Made by a program: the position numbers and the translations under genes
In this document: one piece after another, positions 37,863 to 50,900 of the stretch
How positions within the stretch are numbered: the stretch's first letter is position 1
How the letters are laid out: every line of letters starts with the position of its first letter
DNA from: Mizuhopecten yessoensis
Taxonomy: Eukaryota
DNA: 64,000 nucleotides
Assembly: GCF_002113885.1 (NCBI RefSeq)
Contig: NW_018408827.1
Location: forward strand, 250,051 to 314,050
Direction: 5' to 3'
Notes under the pieces: model-generated
Databases searched by the model: none
Seen by the model: only the letters and a program-made list of their open reading frames with translations
What the model was told of the DNA's origin: nothing

Positions 37863-39970
37863 ATGATGCAAGCTGTGGTACAGATCTTCGTGACGTTTGG
37901 TTTAGTGGTAGGAATAACCGGACAAAACACGAAGGTCATTACAACCCCCTCCGGTCAACTGCGGGGTCTAGTCACTCTAGCTAATAATTCTATTGTGTAT
38001 CAGTTCAGGAATATTCCATATGCAAAACCACCGATTGGTGAGCTTCGATTTGCAAAGCCAGTGGAATATGGTTCTTGGCCTGGCATCCGTGATGCAACTG
38101 CTTTCGGTCCCGCTTGTACTCAGAGTGTTAATGGAGTTACATACCAGAACGTCTCTGAGGACTGCTTGACCCTAAATGTATACGTACCAAAGAATATGCT
38201 TGGCAACAGGACAGTCATGGTCTGGATACACGGTGGTGGATACATCAAAGGAGAAGCCGCCATATTCGACGGGTCTTACCTTGCTTTACGTGGCGGTTTG
38301 GTAGTTGTCACAATTAATTACCGATTGGGTGTTTTTGGCTTTCTCAGCACTAACGATACTGTCATTCCTGGCAATAATGGTCTATGGGATCAGCAATTAG
38401 CGCTGAAGTGGTTAAAAACTAATATCAAAGCATTTGGAGGGAATTCAGAATCCGTGACAATATTTGGTGAATCTGCCGGTGGGTTCAGTGTAGGACTTCA
38501 ATCAATAATTCCCCAAAACAAAGGACTATTCCATAGGGCTATTGCTCAGAGTGGGGCCGCGCCTTCCTTTTTGACCATTGTGCATCAACCGCTGTTATTT
38601 ACCGTGTCGTTTGGAGAAAGAGTAGGGTGCCATTTCATTACTAGTAATTCGCCAATGTTTCTAAAATGCCTGAAAAGCAAGACTGCTAAAGAGCTTCTAA
38701 ATGCCCAGATCAACGCCTCAGCTCCTGTCTCATTGACGCCATTCTCTTTTGGACCAGTTATTTCCCCGGTGGTCGACAAAGAGTTTTTACCGGATGTCCC
38801 TTCAGCTCTCATGAAGAACAAGTCATCGGAATCCTACCAATTCTTCCGAACTCTTGATTTCATGGCGGGAAATGTCAACCGAGAAGGTTCGATTTTCATC
38901 AACAAATACCTTTATAATTTCTCGCAGATTTTCCATTTCGTTCCCGAAAAAGGAGTACCAAATGCTGTCGTATGTAACGTTTTGGCACCTGGTGCTGTAA
39001 GTGCCTTCTCCAAAAGTATCGTCAAAAACAAAACAATTGAAAAAGAAATCTGCGACGAATACAAAGATGATGATCCTGAACTAGAGGGAAACAAAATGGG
39101 CGATCTTTTTGGTGATGCGTTTTTCGTGGTCCCGTCTGTAGTAGCTCTGGATGTTCACTCTGACGGGAACAATATGACCAATACTTTCCAGTACATATTC
39201 AACCGACGGAATCCCGCCATGAGGGGGAATGGTCCGTACCCGCACTGGTTCACGGGTGCTCCTCATGCGTCGGATAACGTGTTTCTCTTCGGAATTCAGC
39301 AACTGGCACAACGGATACACGTCTCTGATGCAGATCTCAATCTGTCTGCGCATATGCAACAGTATTGGGCGAATTTCGCCAAGACTGGGTAAGATTTATG
39401 TATCTATAAAGCTACGGATAACTTCGTAATGATGGTACAGCTATAACAGTAAAAGTTATCTTTACTAAATAAAAAGTGTATGCGAAGTTTTTGATGACAA
39501 TGGCAAGTTCGGCAACTTAAACGACAAAGGTGAGAAATTATTTGAGCATACTGAAAATACATGTCGATAAATTGACAATAAATGTATTACATTGTATATA
39601 TACATCTTATATCTATATATTATCTAGGTTGGTAACCAAATAAGAACGAAATATGATATGCTAATTTCAATACAATTTTACATTACTCTCAAAAAAGGGT
39701 TTTAATAACCGTATCACTAAGTATCATTATAAATAAACTAACACTGTTTAGACGCATACATCGACACTACTTCCATACATTTGAAATACCAAGTCAATAA
39801 ATCCAAGCAATATTATTTCCAGGAAACCGTTTGCTGATGGTTCTGCGAATTGGCCATATTACGACAGAACCAGTCGGTCATACCTCAACTTGGATGACGT
39901 CATTTCCGCAAAGGAGCACATCTTTTTAGACAGGGTTACGTTTTGGACTGAGAAAGTGCCTATTTTCTGA
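37863..39970 (+). CDS. Type-B carboxylesterase CE6 (~557 aa); coding exons 37863-39388 and 39823-39970
   Basis: Signal peptide MMQAVVQIFVTFGLVVGITG. Triad FGESAG, NVNREG, GAPHASD. Donor ACT GG|gtaaga. Terminal exon (not in ORF track) reads KPFADGSANWPYYDRTSRSYLNLDDVISAKEHIFLDRVTFWTEKVPIF*. AATAAA at 40004. Confidence 0.92.
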
Positions 39971-40676
39971 GATGCCGTGTACGTAATATCACGTTATTGC
40001 CGTAATAAATATATTCCCCCGCGGTTTTTTTCGATACTTGTTATTTAGAGTCAAATCTTCAAATACATTTCGTACAAGTTACGCCCGGTTCTTTTACTGT
40101 TCTGTATCGATACAAACAAAAAGTACCGTGGTAATCGTTTTCTCTGTAAAAGAAATTAAAGGCATACTGCACATACCTGTCGTGTTAGAATTAATACCTT
40201 AAAACAGTTATTTTGGACGTATTCTACTTTACACTTGTTATTTTTACTTAGACCGATCTCCCTTAAAATCCGGACAGTTTTACTGTAAAGCGATGCGCTA
40301 CTTTACACTTTAAATGCATTTACAAACATTGTCAGACTAGCCTCACTAAAATAATCCGGGCCGTTCAGGATAACACAATATATCAGTTATTTGTGTTCGA
40401 TTTCATCTCCCGTTTAAATTTTAACCTGGTCCGAGAAATATTAACAGAATTTAATCCCACGAGGGCAGTCTTTGTAGCCATTGTTCTTGAAACCATTGTC
40501 AAAATTGAACACCTCCTTGTAAACTTTAAGAATATTCGAGAACTATATTATGGTATTTAGCATTGAAAAACTTGGGAAAAAGATGGCTATACTACCCGAT
40601 AGTAATTTTGGTCTTTCGATCAGTCTCATTTAACATGCATGAATTAGGTCCAACAGGAAGCTACATATGAAATTTG

Positions 40677-40878
40677 AGAAAGATATGTACATGACTTAAG
40701 AAAGATCTGTACATGACTTAAGAAAGATCTGTACATGACTTACGAAAGATCTGTACATGACTTGAGAAAGATCTGTACATGACTTGAGAGAGATCTGTAC
40801 ATGAATTGAGAAAGATCTGTACATGACTTGAGAAAGATCTGTACATGACTTAAAAAAGATCTGTACATGACTTAAGAA
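40677..40878. repeat. 22-bp minisatellite (gaaagatctgtacatgactt(a/g)a), ~9 copies
   Basis: Direct tandem copies are visible, embedded in a degenerate interspersed repeat. Confidence 0.92.
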
Positions 40879-41341
40879 CGAGCGATAACATGAAAAGTGT
40901 AAGAACAGATGAAAGTCGTTTTAAACAGCCCTACCCACAATATAATGAATATGGAAGATTTTAACGCATATGACCCCTAAGACCTTGAAAGGAAAGTGGG
41001 TCAAAGTCATTAATTTGAACAAAATTTACAGCCATTCACCCATGTATGCTTCAGGCAAAATCACACATTCCCTTCGAACTTGGCCCACTCCGAGTGTGCC
41101 AATATTTTCAGATTTGGTTCAAAATTGAATTTGAGCAGGTAATTAATGTTTTAGGCAAAATTCATGTTGAAATTATTCCTTCAAGGGCTATTGCACAGAA
41201 ACTATGACTTTTCATAAAATACAAGTTGTTGCCGACATCCGTGCATGTTGATATTCAGGCCTGGTTCTAAATCGAACATGAATGGGTGCTGTATGTGAAA
41301 TTCTCATTCGATTACTACATTGTGTGTAAATAATGTTGACT

Positions 41342-41403
41342 AATGTTCCCTGTACTGATATTCGCCCTCATTCCAGAGGGTGAATATCATTACAGGGAAC
41401 ATT
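41342..41403. repeat. Inverted repeat, 28-bp arms with 2 mismatches, 6-nt loop
   Basis: aatgttccctgtactgatattcgccctc / gagggtgaatatcattacagggaacatt. Confidence 0.8.
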
Positions 41404-44400
41404 TCCCAGTTTACAGGTATGTACAATGTATAGAAAGTTTCATAAAATGCTTCTGTAAGAGTTCAAGCATGAACGCAATTTGAGTGGACGTTTTTCGCTG
41501 ACGGAGTATACTTTTAATACAAACTATGATTATAATTCCCCCCCCCNAAAAACGCAGAAACATAATTTTTCAGAAGAACATTTCTAAAATGAATCGGGTA
41601 GCAAGCACCACTCAGAAATAACTGAACACTAAAAGTACAAGTAAAAACGAAGACTGGTGAAATCATAATTATATTTCTCATTTAGATTGACAGGCATACA
41701 TATCACATGTAATTTATGTACCGCTGGGTACTACATCAATATACAATGTACATTAAAAGATGTTTTCTCACACAACACATTTATCTGAGGATGCTAGCCT
41801 TCATGTGGTTAGATCAATGTTGACAGATATGATCCAACCCCCCCCCCCCCCCCCCTCCCAAAAAGAATGAAACAAAATATGAAAGGAGAAAATATCTATA
41901 AAGATTTTCAAACCCAATTAGAAGTCAAAATAAAAATAAATCCAATCTCCCAATATTTAGATGACAAACCATTATATTGGCCATTGGACACAATACAATG
42001 TTCCAACCTCATAAAGGCAGTCCCCCAATGGACAATATTAACAAACACATATTCTCATTAGAAACATTCTTTATGTAACAGCCATTGTCCTACCTAATAA
42101 AGCACAGAGCATATTTACACTCAGTTAAACATAACTTACTATGTACAATCGTATACAGAATACTGTGGTATATCCATCTTATTACACAAATCATTGACCG
42201 AATATACTTTCGCTTCAATTTCATCTCGCCTAGCTTTTCTTTCACGTATTATGCATACAGTACATTTAAATATCAACATTACCTGCCATTCATGACCATT
42301 TTTTGCTTGAAATGCGACTCGTAAAAACAGCTAGCCTTCAACTTGTAATAAACTGTAGTTCAGTGTCTTGTACTTTGAATATATATTTCACATCATGACA
42401 TAGCTACATGATCACATTTCAAGGGAACCCCCACAAAACATGACAAGAGCATGTAGAATAAAGCTTCTTTAGCAGATAAAAAGCATATCATGCTACTTAA
42501 GACCCATTTCATTGATGGTTTCCAAATAAAAAGAAAATAATACAATTGTTACACTGTACCTGTATTATGAAATTCTATTAATATGGTAAAAATTCATCTG
42601 CTACAAAGACCATATCTGCTATAGATATATATTACAGTAAACTAAACCTTGGTTGTAACAATGTAACTACAAGCTACATTAATTTGTCATTTCTGTAAAA
42701 ATACTTTTTACAGCTCGTCAAAAATAGGGGGGAAAAAAATACTTCTAAAAATGTCCAAGTAAGTGATTTCAATGGCACCAGCCTATCATCCCCCTCCCCC
42801 TTTTCCTGCAATATATTCAGGAAGTTTCACTAATCCATACTTCGGATCCATTTAATATGAAACACAATCTGTTAAATCTTGGTAACAAAGAGGATAGCTA
42901 GCGTTGCATAAACAGTGTTGTAAATGCCATGTCTCAACTACTACGTCTTCGGAAGATTTATATAACCTGTACATGGCTTTTTTACTCTGGAAATGCGATA
43001 CATGTACTGAAAGCACCTTATAAAATGAAGCAATTTTGTATATCCAACACAATATCATAAAAAGGATCTTGATTTTTTTCCATTTCATCGCCTATATGCA
43101 TGTCATTATCCCAAGCATTACATCACAGTAAGAAATGTTCACAAATATCTGAATTTGGCAAAACAGAGAAAACGATGAACTTGTCATACACTGGATTAGC
43201 ATTATTCAAACCTTCAGCAAAATATGTGTAACCCAATTCCAAAATGTCTGCATAATAAAATACTGAACACAGTAAATTCTCCTGAAAAATCACTTATATT
43301 TGTCAAACAGAGCATGATATGATATGTTGATGTGTACTGAATCAATGCTAGAATAAAATGTTGTGAATAGATGTCAGTAAATTGTTTTACTTTTATGAAA
43401 AAAAGAGAAATTCTTAAAACAACTAAGACATTAACATTTTATATGATTGACAAAACTTCTAATTGTTTTCATGTTAAGTCATGAATGTTTTATGAAACAC
43501 AGACTAATTAACTATAGGTGTATGGTAAGTGATACACAGGCAGTTGCTCCAATCACCTGATATACACAACATGTACTTGTTGGAATCCACAAATCAGTCT
43601 AGAGTGATGGCAGTGAATAAAAAACAAAAACTGCAAAAGAATGGTAAATTCTGTACAACGCTTAACCAAAAATACTAAACCCTGACATTAAACTGGGTTA
43701 TGGCACAATTCAATAAATAACTTACTGAAAGGTTTTTTCACAGCAGAATTCTGAGTCCCTGCCTTTTTTTATTTATCTAATATCTTTTTCAAAAAAGAAT
43801 CAAGTAAAATAAGACAACAAAAAGCATCATCATCATACATAGCGATTAAATCAAAAATTGAAGTCACTTCAAATAATTCAAGATTTCCTTTATTTTTCAG
43901 AATCCCGAATTCGATTGTTACAAACTCATATGATCTATTTCCTGCAAAATTATCTTATACCTGCCTTAAGAAATGTGAAAGAAAAAGTATTGAAAATTAT
44001 GTTCCTAATTGCTTTAATAATCTAAATTGTCAAGATACACATAATTGCGGCTGTGAAATAAAGTCTTGAGTTTACAAATGAATGCACATCTTCGTCCTAT
44101 ATATATATGTATGTTAATTAATGAAAAATGGTGATAAAAATTCAAATGTACAAGCTGAATACTTTCTGTAATTATAGCTTTCCTCTACCAATAGCTGACG
44201 TTCTGGGCATATTCCAAAAAGAAACAGTTTCAAACTTTGCAGCAAAAGTTAATTTCGAACCATTACAAAATTGAACTTCAATTTTATGCTTTTTAAACAA
44301 AATATGCTAAAAAACCTGATCAATAAGATTCATCAGGTTGGAAATACATGTTATCAAAGTTTTACTTTCTACACAAACAATTTACATATTAAACGTGTCG

Positions 44401-44979
44401 TAACGTTTCAAGACCGACTGGTCAGGTCCCTTTGTCAAGCTATGACTGAGTGAGCGATTTGTATTTTTTACCTGTACAAAGATGTGACGAAATTGTATAT
44501 TTTTTGTCACTTGACCCGGGACGTTTCGCCTATCAATAGGGAGCGTATACACACTGCATCAGATAGGTATAGTAAAACCTTGATTTCATGCTAAAAAACT
44601 TATTTTAACTAGAATGTACTTTTACTCAAGCTTCTTGTGATGAAAAGTTTGAAATATTACACAAGTAATGTAGAATATTATTACTATATTTCAGATACTT
44701 TTTTAAGTTTTGAGAAAACAAAGCTCTCATTGAAACTGATGACCAAAACCATATTCTTAATTCAATGATGGAAAAATGGATATAATGTGTAGATTGTTAA
44801 AGATTTTAATCGCTACAAATTTTCTTAATAGAATTTCAGCATGCCATGATTAAAAATTATTTTGCAGTAAATAATGATATCTTAATATCACACGTATCCT
44901 AGAGTCTTGATTACTATAATGTCCGTTTTCATTCTCTATTCTTCATGTCTAATTTTTCAAAATCTATGAAGGGTTATCA

Positions 44980-47900
44980 TCATTGGGTCTGAACGTACAC
45001 TTGCATCTGCATGGCAGACTGGAGTAACATTTTGAGTCCCGGCATAAAGCTACTGATTTCAGAGAAGTTGCCCTGACTGACCATCTGTGTGTACACTTGT
45101 ATCCCGGTGTTGTAATCATATTGTTGTATCGCCTGGACGATCTGGTGTAGTCCTAGCAACACGTTCTGGGACAGCTGCAATAGAATTATCTCCCTTATAG
45201 ATTCAAAATTGGACAACATTGGTATAGTGTAATACTCAACAGTTGATGTCTAGACATCTGAATATCCATAGACAAATATGATTTACAATGATCCATTATA
45301 CAAAGACTTGTGAAGTTAATCAAAGATATCTTCTATATAATCATCTATCTAAATACCTTAATAAACAAATGGCAAAAGATAGCTTGAAAAAACTTTATTC
45401 AAACAAATACCAAAGGTTTAATACAATATGTCATGTAGTAGTTAGTCTACATTTTATATTTCCACTATTGTTGGAACTTAACTTTGACTACAGGACCACT
45501 TATCCAATAATCTAACTATGTTATTATAAAGAAGTTAAGGTGAGCTTACCATTTCATTACGCAATCTGTCGTAAAGTATTTCTAATTTTTTGCTAACATC
45601 GTCTAGCTTCCTCTTCATTTGCTATTGAAAAAGAAAACAACAATACTTCACAATTTTGATTACAACAATTCAAATAATAAATTCGCAAATTCTAAATCGA
45701 AGAAAAAAATCTGTGATTTCAGATTACTGAATTATTGAAAATATTATCATAATGATTATACAGACTACAAAATAAAGACAATATACTTTGTAAAGGACCT
45801 TGAACAATGCTAAAAGAGTTTTGTGTTTTTTTTGTTTGATACTCACGGCATTGGAGGCAACAGAAGAACAATTATTGACTAGAGAACCAAATATGTCCTG
45901 TAGCACTTGGTGTTCTGAGGGTATTGGTTGTTTAGCTACTGGCTGCACTGGTTCTGGGACACTTGCATTTGAAGGAGGAGCCTAAAAATGATAATTTCAA
46001 CGTACAATACAATCAGTATACATATGAACAGATGGAGATAGAAATTCAGATTTTATCTTCATATGAAAATTGTTCAAAAAGGCAAAATATTACATTGAAC
46101 TGGTGTATGATGCAGGCATGAATTTACCTTCAACCTTATATGAACTTCTTCTTGGTGTTTTTATCCATCTTATCCAGATAAAATGGACCTTTTACCTGAT
46201 CTGAAATTCACATTGGTTTTATGACCTGCCCACAGTTTTGTGTTAACTTTTGATCTTACCTGAACCTCTCTTTGGTGCTCCTGTGGGTTGTATAAGTTTG
46301 AGTAATTCACGGGAGCCCCTGGGGGTCCCTGGTCTGCAGGCATGGCTTGCTGGTTACTAGACTCGGTCGCCATGCCGTACAGAGGAGAGGTAAATGGTGC
46401 CTGACTGTGACTTTCAGACTGCTGCAAAATAAATTATGTCAAGGAATATGATATATTGAAAAAAAACAGTCCATGGGAGGTGACAAATAAAGCAAGGGGA
46501 CATAGTGTCTTGATTTATTGCATAAAAATTACATGACCCAGATAATGAACTTAGTAAGCAAGGCTTAATTACCCCCAATGCCCCTGGTGGATCCAAGGTC
46601 CTGTGAAACTCTAGTTTTTGTTAGGTCACCCCATGACCTCTGACCTATCATGCCTATACTCAAACTTGAATTTATACAAGGTATGTCAAAATAAACCCGT
46701 GTTGTTTAATCAAAATCAGTTAAGAAATATGGCCATATGAGTGATCACATGGAGTATTACAAAACAGATGGGACAAAATCTTACTGCTGGCTTCCTGATG
46801 TGTGGGTTATAATCATACTATGTAAATGCTCTGAGATGCCTCATTTCATTTGCGATTTCATTTATTACAAAAGAATTTGATAGTTCCCTTTGCCTTTTTT
46901 TCCAAGTAAGTCCTTTATGCACCTCCCTCAATGTATTGTCAAAACCCCTGTATAAAGTCAACATTTTCTGGATAAATTATGACAAGGTTTTGCTAATTAC
47001 GATCCTATCAAATGGTAAACACATCAAGGGAGAAAACTATAAAGAACCTATATAATTGCTGACATGCAATATAAGACTGACCATGAGCGGAACCATTACC
47101 TTTGGTTTCCTGTCCTTTACCAGTGGCGGGTCGTTCCAGGCAGTGGCAGGCTTGTGGTCCATAAAGGAGGACTGGGAGGGTAGGGTACTACTGGCTGCTG
47201 CATGCTGGGGGGGCACACCTGTTGATGATGCAATAACTGTTCAGTCACATCATCATTTCATTTTTACATAATTCATAAGACATGAACAACATATGGCAGG
47301 TGGTTAATAAATGGGCAGGACTGGTACGGTATCTTATACTTTAGTAATCCTAGTAAAAAATATCCCCTACCTGCAGAAGGCAAAACTAATTACAAATTTT
47401 TTACGTTTTTTTTTGATAGCTACTCCGTTAAAAATACTAAAACACCATTCATGGGATGATTATTTTTAATGGAACGATCCTAAAAGAGGTATCATCTGTT
47501 TATGTGGAGAGTTTCTCTTTACAATGTCTGAAAAGCACAATACTGATGAACCACAGTTGTCTGTGACTCTGTACCTGGACGTATATACCTGGAGTTTAAG
47601 TGTGAAGTCATATGTAAATCAGTACCTTGATAAGTATACCTGGAATCTAAGCTTGAAGTCATATGCACATCTTTTCCTACTACAGGTGCTACTTAGAGCG
47701 AATCAGTACTTTACATTGACTAGTAGGCCTACAGCAGTGACAGACTGGACCATCACTGGGTACCTACTTGTCATGGTGTTGGTTGGGTTGTAGATGTTAG
47801 AAGCCTGGTTGGATCCCATCTGTGAGCCAGCTGGGTTTGCCGCTGAGTCTCTGTAAAATATCAGGGCATGATATAGTATTGCTGGTGATCTGCACTGAAA

Positions 47901-50900
47901 TTTCCTGGCATAACAACTAGACTAAATTTGCCGCATTTTTATCATACACCTCACCCCTTACTGTGTCTATTATTATTTTATGTAAGTAGTTTGTGGGGTT
48001 CACAATTTAAAGATTATGTTAAGACTGAGAATATAGCAAAAACAAAAGTATTTTTAATCCATGAAATTTCAGTCAGGCTTAAACATATTTATTGTGTTTC
48101 AATCCCACTTTCATATAAACTTTAAAAGTAGGGGAATTTTTAACTGTTTTAAATAGAGCAAAGAGCATCTTGACTTTGACCTTTCTATATTGAACGTCCT
48201 TAAATGACCTGAGCTGTTAATAGGATGTGGAACAAAATAAAACCTAAACCTTCTATCTTGAAACCTATTACACATGGTTACACTTATAGAAACATTTCAT
48301 GCAATATATACATTTTAGACACTTTAAACAGTACTACAACTATCTGAGGAAAAACACTTCACCAGTTTCCTCAGATAGTTGTAGTACTGTTTAGAGTTCT
48401 GACACAATCTGTCCCTCAAAACTGGGAGTTAAACTTGCTCAATCACCATATACTATCGTACTCTGTAGAACTCATGGCCAAATGGGTCTGGCTAACAGTT
48501 ACATACTTACCCATAGTAAGGGGTATGTGATGACATAGACTGGCCAGTGTAACCTGGTTGATACTGCTGTTGACCATAGCTACCAGGGCCGTACTGTTGA
48601 GCTTGATCGTAGCTAGGCATCGCCTGAGGATACTGGGGATACTTATGGGACAGGGGACCTGGAATAAGCATTAAGAAATTGATAGAGTAATGGAAAAAAA
48701 AAAGAATCACCTAATATTCATCATCAGGCCCCAAGTTCATGAAACGATCTTTAGTATAAAATAGTCTAACATTTTGACTCAGCCAATCACAAATAACGCC
48801 ATGAATTGTGACGTCTTACGTGATTGGCGAAGCAAAAACTTCAGTCTAAGATTGTTTTATGATCCCAGGGCCAGAAGGCTATCAGGCTCCAACTATAAAA
48901 TTAGATAGAAAACTACATATTAAATGTAATACAATTGTGATACCATGCAATACAATGGTGATACTATCCAATACTTGTGATATGATGATCCTCATACTAC
49001 CTTCCAATACTTTTGATAAGCCAAACGTATATTTGTGACATAATGGAGATACTATTGATACCGTCATAATGCCATCTGATACTTGTGACACAACAGTAAT
49101 AAGACTGATATGGTTTTGATTGATGCTCGAGTAATTCTCTTCATATAAGATCAGGTCTTGGTAAAAGTCATTGAAATTATCATATTGTATGAATATAGGA
49201 CTTGACCACATACATTGAGTTTTCTTTCAATTTATGTCGTTAAATTCACAAATCGATATCCTTGTGAATGAGTCACAAGATGAACAAACATGAAAATAAA
49301 AATATTCGTTCACAGTAAGTAACATTCAGAAACCCTATCGGAGATATATGCCAATACAAATGATAAGCACCTTTAGACGGTGCACTGGCCCCAGATGCGG
49401 CATTTGATGCTGTTGATGACGGCATTGAGTTAGGGTTGTAAATCTGTCCTCCATAGCTCTGACCTTGACCCTGTCCAGGATTCGTGGAAGCTTGACCATT
49501 CATGGTGCTGTAGGGGGTAGTTGTTGGGTACTGGTTAGGGGCTGCATAGCTTTTGCTGCCTGTTGTACTTGTGTTGAAAGTTGCTCCGGCATGTGTCTGG
49601 TACATACGAGAGCTCAGCGAGTGGGCAGCAGGTGCTGTTCTGTGGGTGGGGCTCTGTACAGGGGTCTCACCCTGTGGTATCAGATTGACCTTGTTGAATG
49701 GAAAGGGTGGGGCTTGGACACCATAGTTGCTTTGTTCCAGTGCATGGAACAAACGGTCCTTCAAAATGGACAAATTAGCCTGAAATTTGAGATAATCAAA
49801 ATAAATATATGTAGTCTTTCCTAACACGATGATTCCAAAATGAATGAGTCATTGGAATTTAATATTTCAGATCACTTAAAAGGACATTTCATGCACAACA
49901 AATCTAAATCTGAAAATATGAAATCAGGCCATATTTTCAAACTCACAACACCTTGAAAACGTGAGTATCAGTTAAAACACTGTTTTTCTTAGGTTAGGAC
50001 ATTTTTTTTATAATTAAATAAAACACCGTTTCTTTCTTCAATGCATGATCTGTTAGAATTTCCTCTTCTTACACCTAACTAACCTCTGATGAGTTGCCGA
50101 GGTATCTCATTGCTGTCTCCATGCTTCCCTGTGCAGCTAGCAGACTGGCATAGCCATTCAGTTTATTAGCCAGGAGACCTTTGGTCACTTCCTGTTCTTG
50201 ACCACGTGATAAAGACACAGCCTTTCTAAGAACCATCACCTTCTCTACCAAGTCCTGTGGAAATGTAAATACAATTTGGAATTTCACCTTTGATCTAGCT
50301 CAAACCTGAATTATTGAGTGATACACTACATACAAAATCATTTAATAACAAGAGGCCCATGGGCCTTAACGGTCACCTGATATATTTATACAGAGAGTTG
50401 ATTTCGCTTTTAACATGAACAGAAATATTATTCAAAGTGACAAAAAACAATAAAACCACCTTATTCAATATCAAGCATACAGATTTCAGACTAAAAAGGA
50501 TTTGAAACTAGCACCTCTGATATTAAACAAGGAAAATGAAGAAATTTTAGCACACTGACTCCCTTGAGCCCCACCCTACAGCCCTTGGGGGTAGGGCTGG
50601 CTCAAAATTTTCAAAGTATCAAACTGTCAACTCAAGGTTATAATTCCAATCAAGTTATTAACATGTAATATTCAAAGTATCATTTGCCATTATAAACAAT
50701 AATAAATTTTGCTGGTATGTGCTTATTATCAAGCTGCTACCTTATACTGATAATGCTAACCCAAATTGAATTATTACCAATGGAAATTAAACAAATGTTG
50801 GTCCAAAATGTGATTTCCCTATATAAACTATAGTAAAGTTTACCCCCTCCCCAGGGGGAAACGTGAGACCCCAGGGTCAAGAAATTCACAATTTCGGTAA

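Noticed and set aside
3412-39970. Labelling the cluster as acetylcholinesterase or neuroligin
   Set aside because: The choline-binding Trp of the omega loop is absent. The catalytic Ser is present and there is no TM plus PDZ tail, so no gene symbol was assigned.
39970-44980. Functional coupling between SEC31A (COPII) and the secretory esterase array
   Set aside because: Only adjacency in convergent orientation. The sequence shows no shared promoter or overlap, and neighbourhood alone is weak evidence in animals.
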